From SAR202 cluster bacterium (lineage in GTDB: Bacteria > Chloroflexota > Dehalococcoidia > Lucifugimonadales > UBA2962): DNA of 64,000 bases. How positions within the stretch are numbered: position 1 is the stretch's first letter; each line of letters opens with the position of its first letter. Shown piece by piece: positions 9,526 through 17,299 of the stretch. The translations under genes were made by a program, and so were the position numbers. The stretch lies in assembly GCA_009392275.1 (NCBI GenBank), contig VFGV01000011.1:78895-142894 (forward strand). Reading direction: 5' to 3'. The notes beneath the pieces are model-generated. The model made no database searches and was not told the origin of the DNA. It saw only the letters and a list, made by a program, of their open reading frames with translations.

Positions 9526-10536
9526 TTATTGTGCAAATGCTTTTATAGCGTTTAAATAATCGACTTTTATGTTTTGGCTAACTCCGAAAGGGGCTAACAC
9601 AGGTAGGTCAAGGCCTAATGATCTGCGCTTGGCAATTTGATCATAACAATCAGCGGGACTGCCAACAAGAGCCACCTCCTTTTCCATATTTGATGATATC
9701 GATGCTATTGCGTTATCTATATCATTAGAATCTAAAGCAGATTCAGCCGAGGCCATTTCTTTTTCAAATCCACAGGAGATGAAGAAGCTTCGATAATTCG
9801 GGTGCCTAGAATATTGTGCGATTTCTTTTTTGAGTTTTGTTCGTGCGGCGTCAATATTTTTAGATCCTACATATGTTCTAATATAACCAGCTATATCTGG
9901 GTTCACTATATTACCTGCCGTCTTGTATGCCGATTTAAAAATTTTGACAAAATCTTGCAACTTGCTTACAGCAGTCCAGTTTAATAAAACACCATCAGAA
10001 ATTTGTCCGGAGATCTGAATCATTTTTGGTCTTAGAGCAGCAAGATATATCGGCACGCGCACATCTTTAGCTGCCAGCCCAAGTCTAGCATTATTAATCT
10101 GAAAATGTTCACCGTTAAAACTGAAGGATTGCCCTTTGAATAATTGTCTTATGATATTAACGGTTTCTTTGGTTCTGCCAACAGGATCATCAAATCTACC
10201 ACCATGAATTTTTTCTACCACTAGTCTATGTCCGATTCCCAATCCGAGTGAAAAACGATGGTTGGTCATTCTATCCAGGTTTGCTGCTGTCATGGCCATC
10301 GCAGTTGGGGTTCTTGAAAAAATCGGAAGTATTCCTGTGCCTAGTCGGATACTTTGTGTAATTGATGATAGGTATCCAATTAGAGAAATCGAGTCATACC
10401 CTCCGCCTTCTGGTATCCAGATTGACTCGAATCCAGCATTCTCCGCATTAATGACTATTTCTGTAATATCATCCATCGATAATCGTGGATCATTTTCGAT
10501 TCTCAGTCCAATACGATCTGTATTTAACGTGTTCAA
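9526..10536 (-). CDS. LLM-class (luciferase-like) flavin/F420-dependent oxidoreductase
   Basis: Luciferase-like TIM-barrel signatures: GFESIWIPEGGGYDS, RFSLGLGIGH, YLAALRPKM. Confidence 0.85.
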   Translation of the reverse strand: MNTLNTDRIGLRIENDPRLSMDDITEIVINAENAGFESIWIPEGGGYDSISLIGYLSSITQSIRLGTGILPIFSRTPTAMAMTAANLDRMTNHRFSLGLGIGHRLVVEKIHGGRFDDPVGRTKETVNIIRQLFKGQSFSFNGEHFQINNARLGLAAKDVRVPIYLAALRPKMIQISGQISDGVLLNWTAVSKLQDFVKIFKSAYKTAGNIVNPDIAGYIRTYVGSKNIDAARTKLKKEIAQYSRHPNYRSFFISCGFEKEMASAESALDSNDIDNAIASISSNMEKEVALVGSPADCYDQIAKRRSLGLDLPVLAPFGVSQNIKVDYLNAIKAFAQ

Positions 10537-10554
10537 TGTTTGAGTCCGATTTTA

Positions 10555-11082
10555 TTAATCAATTTTTTTAGCTATTGTCATCGTATTTATTCGACACATG
10601 AATTTAATTTCTGATTGTACATTGAATCCGGCTTTATTGATCATTTGCTTTAAATCACGCTGGTTAATCCCCCATAGCTCGTGTTCATGATGATCTCTTT
10701 CGATTTGATCTGGGTCAGAACCAGACCTAAGTCTGTGCCATAGAAAAGAAACCCGTGGAGGAATCATTGTGATTATTAATCTTCCATTAGGTGAGAGCAG
10801 TCTATATGATTCTATTAGCAGATCATCTCGGTTCGGAATATGATTTAATGCAGCAATGACTGTAATAGTATCAAAGCTAGAGTCTTCGAAAGGTATATTC
10901 GATGACTCATCGATGATTAAATCTACATCTCCCCAATCATAAATATCTACTCCAGTGCCATTACCATTATAAGATCTTACTAATTGATTATTACCGCAGC
11001 CAATATCTAATAGTCTTCCCGTGACATAAGGAAGAACAACTTTGACACGCCAATTTCTTAATAATGTCGTTAACGAATACAA
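10555..11082 (-). CDS. class I SAM-dependent methyltransferase
   Basis: SAM-binding motif I LLDIGCGNN. Methyltransf_11-like length and layout. Confidence 0.8.
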   Translation of the reverse strand: MYSLTTLLRNWRVKVVLPYVTGRLLDIGCGNNQLVRSYNGNGTGVDIYDWGDVDLIIDESSNIPFEDSSFDTITVIAALNHIPNRDDLLIESYRLLSPNGRLIITMIPPRVSFLWHRLRSGSDPDQIERDHHEHELWGINQRDLKQMINKAGFNVQSEIKFMCRINTMTIAKKID

Positions 11083-11363
11083 ACCAACCCACCTATTAAC
11101 AGCTTTTGAACTAATCTATCTTTAATTAATGTCAAATCATCGTATTTAGCAAATAGGCAGTTACAATGGGTTATCGTTACAGGCTAATAACATGTAGTTG
11201 CCTACTATAATTTTGCTTACTATTGATCGTATACTAAAAATTATCCAATTGTTTATAAAATAAAGCCCTATTATTTTCGAGGTTTGTGAAAACAATGTTT
11301 AGAAACACTCTAGTGTGATTTGTATTTTAATAATGTTAATAAATATCACTACATTTGACTTCA

Positions 11364-12818
11364 ATGATTAGACCTATTGTCTTGGCTGGAGGTTCTGGCA
11401 CAAGGCTGTGGCCTTTATCTCGTGAAGAGTTTCCAAAGCAATTTCTTAAATTAGCAACTGAACACACTATGTTTCAGGAAACAATACTGCGTTTAGACGG
11501 AATAACTAAAAACTGCAATAGCTTGTCTCCAATTATAATTTGCAATGAAAAGCATAGGTTTTTAATAAATCAGCAAGTCAAGGAAATAAATAAGTTACCA
11601 GGTGCGACGATACTTGAACCAACAGGGAAAAACACCGCACCAGCTTTAACTTTGGCTGCTCTTTGGTCATTGGAAAATGATCAAGATTCGACATTGCTCG
11701 CATTACCTGCCGATCAGCACATTGATAGATCACAAGTCTTTCACAAAGTAGTAGAAGAAGCAGAAAGCTTTGCTGATCAAGGATATTTCATAACGTTTGG
11801 CGTTCCTCCAACCTCTCCAGAGATTGGGTTTGGATATATAAAAACTGCTCCAATGTCCCCTGAACTTACTGAATGTCATAATGATGTTTTTCAAGTTGCT
11901 AAATTTGTAGAAAAACCTAGTTTAGAAATGGCTAAGAAGTACTTAGAATCCGGACAATATTTATGGAATAGTGGAATGTTCATGATGAAGGCCAGTGTTT
12001 GGATGGGATTAGTTAATGAATTTCGCCCGGATATTAGCAAGTTGTGTTCTGAAGCTTACGATAAAGGTTTAGTCGATGGTGAATTTTTCAGGCCAGATAG
12101 ATTAATTTTTGACGGCTGTCCATCAGAGTCAATTGACTATGCTATTGCTGAAAATATAGATGTAAATCGCGGAGATCCTTGTCCTATAGTTTTTGGATAC
12201 AACTCTGGCTGGTCTGATCTCGGGACCTGGACAGCAATCGGTAACAAGCTTACTTCTGATAATAAAAATAACGTTATAAAGGGTGACGTTTTGTCCGAGG
12301 ATGTTTCTAATTCAATAGTTATCTCGGATGGACGTTTATTAGTAGCGGTGGGCCTTGATAATGTTGTCATAGTGGAAACCGATGATGCAATATTAGTAAC
12401 TTCTAAAGAGCAAATTAATAATGTAGGTAAATTAGTTTCAAAAATCCGCTTAGCTGGACGTACTGAACACTCCAGACATCTAAAATCTCATAGACCTTGG
12501 GGAAGCTATCAGATTTTAGATAAAGGCAATGGATTCCAAGTGAAGCATTTAAGAATTAATCCCGGGCAGTCGATATCTTTACAGCGCCACAAGCATCGTG
12601 CAGAACACTGGGTTGTTGTTAAAGGAGTTGCAAATGTGGTAGTTGGGGATGAATCTTATGAATTATTGGAAAATCAATCGACCTATGTTCCTAAGGGTGT
12701 AAGTCATCGATTGTTTAATTCCAGTGAAGAGATATTAGAAATTGTTGAAGTGCAGTCGGGCGAAGTCATTGATGAAGAAGATATTGAACGTTTTGAAGAC
12801 AGTTACGGTCGAATTTGA
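11364..12818 (+). CDS. manC: mannose-1-phosphate guanylyltransferase / mannose-6-phosphate isomerase (bifunctional ManC/CpsB type)
   Basis: N-terminus IVLAGGSGTRLWPLSREEFPKQF (nucleotidyltransferase). C-terminal cupin: RPWGSY...LQRHKHRAEHWVVVKG. I prefer ATG 11364 over the in-frame TTG at 11355. Confidence 0.9.
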   Translation: MIRPIVLAGGSGTRLWPLSREEFPKQFLKLATEHTMFQETILRLDGITKNCNSLSPIIICNEKHRFLINQQVKEINKLPGATILEPTGKNTAPALTLAALWSLENDQDSTLLALPADQHIDRSQVFHKVVEEAESFADQGYFITFGVPPTSPEIGFGYIKTAPMSPELTECHNDVFQVAKFVEKPSLEMAKKYLESGQYLWNSGMFMMKASVWMGLVNEFRPDISKLCSEAYDKGLVDGEFFRPDRLIFDGCPSESIDYAIAENIDVNRGDPCPIVFGYNSGWSDLGTWTAIGNKLTSDNKNNVIKGDVLSEDVSNSIVISDGRLLVAVGLDNVVIVETDDAILVTSKEQINNVGKLVSKIRLAGRTEHSRHLKSHRPWGSYQILDKGNGFQVKHLRINPGQSISLQRHKHRAEHWVVVKGVANVVVGDESYELLENQSTYVPKGVSHRLFNSSEEILEIVEVQSGEVIDEEDIERFEDSYGRI

Positions 12819-13654
12819 TAGTAGATTCTCACGTCCATATTTTCCCTCCTGATTTTATTCGTGACAGGGAATCACTTTTATCTTTGGACCAAACATTCAG
12901 TGAACTATATTGTGATCCCCGCTCTAAGATGGCGACCGCAGATGAGCTGATTGGTGTAATGGATAAAAATGGGATAGATGTATCTGTGGTTATGGGTATT
13001 GGGTGGACTAATTCCATCCTTGCTGAAAAATCTAATCAATATATAGCTGAATCCTGTGATCGGTTTCATGGTCGTTTAATTGGGTTTGGATCAATAGATA
13101 TTTCTTCTGAGAATGTATTAGGTCAGGTCAGATATTTGGCCAAGAGAGGGCTGAAAGGAATTGGCGAATTACATCTAGACCATCAGCTGTTCAATCAAGG
13201 TGGGTATGAACTGATTGCCCCGATTATCCAGGAAATAAGATCAAACGATCTTGCTTTGGCAATACATTGTTCTGAACCAGTTGGACATTTATACGCTGGT
13301 AAAGGTACAAATACTCCAGATAAGCTAGAAACTTTATTAAATTTATCTCAAGGAGTGAACGTTATACTTTCTCATTGGGGTGGAGGGATGCCGTTTTATG
13401 GTTTGATGCCAGAGGTGCGAAAATTATTAGAATCTGTGTTTTTTGATACGGCAGCCTCGCCATTTTTGTATGACCACACAATATTTCAAATTGTAACCAG
13501 CATAGTCGGGGCGAATCATATTCTTGCAGCAAGCGACTATCCATTACTTAATTTCTCACGCATAATAGGCGAAATTGAACAAAGTAGTATATCTAAGCAG
13601 AATAAGAAGCTTATTTTAGGTGGTAATGCAAAAAAACTTTTTAATTTGACTTAA
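12815..13654 (+). CDS. amidohydrolase-family (Amidohydro_2-like TIM-barrel metal-dependent) hydrolase
   Basis: N-terminal IVDSHVHIFPP metal-binding H-x-H. Later HCSEP and a downstream ASDYP aspartate motif. TTG start overlaps the manC stop (TTGA). Confidence 0.7.
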   Translation: MIVDSHVHIFPPDFIRDRESLLSLDQTFSELYCDPRSKMATADELIGVMDKNGIDVSVVMGIGWTNSILAEKSNQYIAESCDRFHGRLIGFGSIDISSENVLGQVRYLAKRGLKGIGELHLDHQLFNQGGYELIAPIIQEIRSNDLALAIHCSEPVGHLYAGKGTNTPDKLETLLNLSQGVNVILSHWGGGMPFYGLMPEVRKLLESVFFDTAASPFLYDHTIFQIVTSIVGANHILAASDYPLLNFSRIIGEIEQSSISKQNKKLILGGNAKKLFNLT

Positions 13655-13778
13655 AGCTATCTTGCTCAATGTCAGACTAGTTTTGTAAAAAAGTGACAGT
13701 TCACTAATTTAAATTGAGTGCTATACTTTCAGCATGTAGTGTTTAATTTGTTAGTTACAAGATAAGGGGTAAACGAAG

Positions 13779-13994
13779 ATGGGTTCTGAATTTCCAATAT
13801 GTAAAGCGTGTGATAATGATGGCAATTTGCTTCCATTGTCTGATTTTGGTAGCCAAGGGGCTCCAATACACTATAAAGCCTGGGTATGCAGTGTACCGAG
13901 TTGCGGGTACAACATAAAAATTCGTAATGGTGACGTTTATATAAATGAACCGATAAGTAGCGGAGACAGCCACGTTCCAAGAACTCGTGGGTAA
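13779..13994 (+). CDS. small Cys-containing protein, possible zinc ribbon (71 aa)
   Basis: CKAC near the N-terminus and CSVPSC about 35 residues later. AAGGGG Shine-Dalgarno-like sequence about 10 nt upstream of the ATG. Two overlapping antisense ORFs look like shadows. No family recognised. Confidence 0.4.
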   Translation: MGSEFPICKACDNDGNLLPLSDFGSQGAPIHYKAWVCSVPSCGYNIKIRNGDVYINEPISSGDSHVPRTRG

Positions 13995-14133
13995 CATCAA
14001 TTTTAATTCTTGAAGTAACTCGGCAATATTTAATTACTAAGTAGCTTTTCAGTATGAATTTAAGTTCTTGGTGATGGAGATAAATTGTGCCAATTAATTA
14101 TCCGATTAATTTAATCTTCAATATGGGTATGGC

Positions 14134-14964
14134 TTGAATAAACGTTTAAGTTTAGGCGTGGCCCTGATAGCGGTTGGGGTAGTTGTTCTATTGCTTATTG
14201 GCGGATATTTGATTTTTACCGTTAATGAAAAAGCTAAATTTGAACAATTAAATGTTAGGCTTAATACTGACGTAATTCCTGACAGCATTGCGGTTACTAT
14301 AGATGAACAAGATAATCAAAAATTATCAGTAATTGACCTTCCAGTACATTTTTCCAACATGCACTTTGGGGTTTTATTTCATCCAAAATATTGGCATGAT
14401 CCAATTAAAACCGGATCTGATTTAAGGCAACAGGCGGATATGTCAGTAGGATTCGATCCAGTATTATCTTTCGAAGACTCTATAATATTGGTACCTAAAG
14501 GCACGGCCGATAGAATTTTAATTCCTTTGCTGAATATTGATTCAACTGTTAATGAATTAGGAATTATTGATCTTGGAGACAGTAGAGAATATGAGACTCC
14601 TAATAATACAGTTGGCCATATTCCAGAGACTGCAGATCCGGGCGAAATAGGTAATGGGTGGTTTTTTGGTCATTTAGAAAGTCCGTTCAGCGGTGAAGGA
14701 AATGTTTTTCGTCGACTACCGGAAATACCTGAACTGTTGCGTGAAATCAACGAGATCGGTGAGGGAGGTATAGACATAATATTTCATAGCAGCACAGGAG
14801 AATATCTATATCAAGTAACTTCATCTGAGGTGTTGCATGCCGACGAATTGAAAATATCAGGATCAGACGACTCACGTATTAGCCTTGTCACGTGTATTCC
14901 AAGACTAGAATATTCTCATCGCCTAATAATAAAAGCTGTATTAGTAGGTGTGAAAACATATTAG
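14134..14964 (+). CDS. sortase-family transpeptidase (membrane-anchored)
   Basis: N-terminal TM helix (LGVALIAVGVVVLLLIGGYLIF). Candidate catalytic His in WFFGHLESPFSGEGNVFRRL. Catalytic-Cys motif SLVTCIP (sortase TLxTC-like). Conserved Arg in SHRLIIKAV. TTG start. Confidence 0.6.
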   Translation: MNKRLSLGVALIAVGVVVLLLIGGYLIFTVNEKAKFEQLNVRLNTDVIPDSIAVTIDEQDNQKLSVIDLPVHFSNMHFGVLFHPKYWHDPIKTGSDLRQQADMSVGFDPVLSFEDSIILVPKGTADRILIPLLNIDSTVNELGIIDLGDSREYETPNNTVGHIPETADPGEIGNGWFFGHLESPFSGEGNVFRRLPEIPELLREINEIGEGGIDIIFHSSTGEYLYQVTSSEVLHADELKISGSDDSRISLVTCIPRLEYSHRLIIKAVLVGVKTY

Positions 14965-14965
14965 A

Positions 14966-15847
14966 TTAAGAAACCGACAACGTGTCTCTTAATAGCTGAA
15001 CGAACGCTTTGGTTGGTGTAGACATTGTTTTCCCCCTTAGATTTACAATGCCTGCCTGCTCTACTGGAAGCATATGTGCGAGCCCAACAACTCCAAAAGA
15101 TTCGTGGTCGGAAGGGTCAACTGCTAAACGTGGACCAACTGATATGCCCATTCCTAATGCTACGTAACGCTTAATCATATCCATGCTATCTAACTCAACA
15201 ATTATTTCGTATTCCAGACCTTTGCGCCTGAATTCAGTCTCAAGCATTAATCTTGTATAGGTACCTCTTCCCATCATAATTAATGGCCATGATGCAATTT
15301 CATCTAAAGAGGTAATCGTTGAATTTAATAAAGGATGTCCCAGTGGTGTTATTAGAACTCTTTCATAAGCAAATAATGGTTGGAATTCAAAATCAACACC
15401 TCTTTCGGGGCCAGGAACAAGACCTATATCCACCGCGCCTTCAGAGACCATGTTTAAAACCTCATCCCGTCTTCCTGATAATATTCTTAAATGTCCATGA
15501 GGGTGCTGCTTTAAAAAAATTTTCACTACTTGCAACAATCTGTGAGGGATTATGTCGTGTGTTGCAGCTACTCTAACAGGGCTTATCTGTTCCGCGATAC
15601 CGGTTTCATCCAGCAAAGAGTCTATACCATCTAATAATGGTTTCGCTAAATCAGCTAGAGTGGTGCCGGCAGCCGTTAACTGAATTGGCCTTTTTATTCT
15701 ATCGAATAGTAAAGTGCCTAGTTCGTTTTCTAGTTTTTTAATGTGCGTAGTGGCAGTTGGTTGGCCTATACTTAATTCCTCCGCGGCTTTTGTAATACTT
15801 CTTAACCGCGCCGCCGAAACGAAACTTCTTAGCTCTCTTAACTCCAT
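14966..15847 (-). CDS. LysR-family transcriptional regulator
   Basis: N-terminal wHTH (LRELRSFVSAARLRSITKAAEELSIGQPTATTHIKKLENELGTLLFDR) followed by a LysR substrate-binding domain. Confidence 0.9.
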   Translation of the reverse strand: MELRELRSFVSAARLRSITKAAEELSIGQPTATTHIKKLENELGTLLFDRIKRPIQLTAAGTTLADLAKPLLDGIDSLLDETGIAEQISPVRVAATHDIIPHRLLQVVKIFLKQHPHGHLRILSGRRDEVLNMVSEGAVDIGLVPGPERGVDFEFQPLFAYERVLITPLGHPLLNSTITSLDEIASWPLIMMGRGTYTRLMLETEFRRKGLEYEIIVELDSMDMIKRYVALGMGISVGPRLAVDPSDHESFGVVGLAHMLPVEQAGIVNLRGKTMSTPTKAFVQLLRDTLSVS

Positions 15848-15983
15848 ATTAAACCCACTCCTATTATCATAAATTACAATATTAATTATATTATATTATA
15901 TATTTAATTGATGTTGCTTTTGCTGGATACTTATATTAAAGGTCGTCAAAAAACTGTAAAGCGTAAAAGTAAAGGAAAGATTA

Positions 15984-16136
15984 ATGACAAAAATATTCAG
16001 AAATGTGAGAAAGCGTTCAAACTTAAAATCAGGGTTTGATTTTTACATGAGATCATTGAATGGGAGGAGAACAAATTGCGGCCCAACCGCAGATGAGGCA
16101 AGGAAAGATTTTAGGAGATTTCAGCACTTAATCTAG
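15984..16136 (+). CDS. candidate small basic protein (50 aa), unverified
   Basis: ATG preceded by AAAGGAAAG. Reads MTKIFRNVRKRSNLKSGFDFYMRSLNGRRTNCGPTADEARKDFRRFQHLI*. It is followed about 25 nt later by a strong terminator-like hairpin. No family recognised. Confidence 0.25.
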   Translation: MTKIFRNVRKRSNLKSGFDFYMRSLNGRRTNCGPTADEARKDFRRFQHLI

Positions 16137-16160
16137 AATAACATACATCTCACTTCGACT

Positions 16161-16214
16161 AGCTCATATCTGGGCCCAATGATAATCTTCATTAAGGGCG
16201 ATATGAGCTTTTTG
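16161..16214 (+). terminator. extended hairpin plus T-run (rho-independent terminator or attenuator) immediately upstream of the ftsY RBS
   Basis: Perfect 10-bp inverted repeat: AGCTCATATC (16161-16170) and GATATGAGCT (16200-16209). Inner pairings are GCCC/GGGC and AATGA/TCATT. TTTTGT follows at 16210-16215. The ftsY AGGAG lies at 16219-16223. Confidence 0.55.
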
Positions 16215-16233
16215 TATTAGGAGCAATTTTGGT

Positions 16234-17190
16234 GTGAATAAAGAAAATGATTTTAGCGGGGAACAAAACTGCGAGGCGTCTCTGATTCAAAACCCAGGCC
16301 ATACATGGTTTTCGAAGATAAACTCACTTTTTAAAACGAAATCACTGCGTGAAACTATCTGGGATGAACTCGAAGAAGCATTAATTCTGTCTGACGTGGG
16401 AGTATCTATTGCCTCAGATATGATTGATAAAGTCAAAACTGATGTTAAGTCAAGAGCAATCCATGATCCGAGTGAGGTTTTTGACATTGTAAAGATTCAA
16501 ATAAAGTCCATGTTAGCTAATGGAGTAGATTATTCATCACTAATTAAATCTTTACAGCCCTCAGGCGCTAATAATCCCATTGTGATTTTATTTGTTGGAG
16601 TTAATGGTGTAGGAAAGACAACAACTCTGGCAAAAATGGCCTATTTGTATATTGAGTCTGGACATAATGTGATCATTGGTGCTGCAGATACTTTTAGGGC
16701 AGCTGCAATTGATCAGATCAAAATTTGGGGAGAAAGATTAAATGTAGATGTTGTCGCTCACTCTCAAGGGTCAGATCCAAGTGCTGTCGTGTTCGATACA
16801 ATCGAAGCAGCAAAAGCGCGCAAAAAGGACGTTGTTTTAATTGATACTGCAGGCCGTATGCATAATAGTGTAAATCTTATGGAGGAGTTAAATAAAATGT
16901 CTCGAGTGGCTTTGAAAACTGGAATAGTACAACCAAAAACAATTCTAGTTTTGGACACATCTACTGGCCAAAATGGCTTGCAGCAGGCTAGGGCATTTCT
17001 CGGTTCAATTGGATGTGATGGCATTGTATTAACAAAGTTTGATGGCAGTTCAAGGGGAGGTGTTATCTTGTCTGTTTACACTGAATTTGAAATGCCGGTT
17101 TTGTATATAGGTACGGGAGAACAATTACAGGATTTGCAAGTATTTGACCCCAATCAATTTGCAGATGATTTATTTTCCGAACCCTCATGA
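16234..17190 (+). CDS. ftsY: signal recognition particle receptor FtsY
   Basis: NG domain motifs GVNGVGKTTTLAKMA, DTAGR, TKFDGSSRGG. GTG start 10 nt after AGGAG. Confidence 0.95.
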   Translation: MNKENDFSGEQNCEASLIQNPGHTWFSKINSLFKTKSLRETIWDELEEALILSDVGVSIASDMIDKVKTDVKSRAIHDPSEVFDIVKIQIKSMLANGVDYSSLIKSLQPSGANNPIVILFVGVNGVGKTTTLAKMAYLYIESGHNVIIGAADTFRAAAIDQIKIWGERLNVDVVAHSQGSDPSAVVFDTIEAAKARKKDVVLIDTAGRMHNSVNLMEELNKMSRVALKTGIVQPKTILVLDTSTGQNGLQQARAFLGSIGCDGIVLTKFDGSSRGGVILSVYTEFEMPVLYIGTGEQLQDLQVFDPNQFADDLFSEPS

Positions 17191-17299
17191 AATAACTTGT
17201 CTGTTTCATAGATTTCAGTACAGCATATAAATTAAATCACTTATTCAATGTAAACTAAGGGTACATTTTCACTTAATGTACTAATGCTGGAGGAAATAG

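Noticed and set aside
11155-11206. Imperfect inverted repeat AGGCAGTTACA…TGTAGTTGCCT in the 272-nt spacer before manC
   Set aside because: The arms have central mismatches and a loop of about 29 nt. There is no T-run and no recognisable riboswitch features, so it is too weak to call.
13729-14000. Two overlapping minus-strand ORFs (83 and 81 aa)
   Set aside because: They overlap each other and the plus-strand Cys-motif ORF. They have no SD or recognisable motifs and a Cys/Tyr/His-rich odd composition. I kept the plus-strand ORF, at low confidence only.
15848-15910. AT-rich low-complexity run (…attatattatattatatattt…) as a possible repeat array
   Set aside because: It is simple TA-rich sequence in a divergent promoter. 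There are no unit repeats with spacers, so it is not CRISPR-like.
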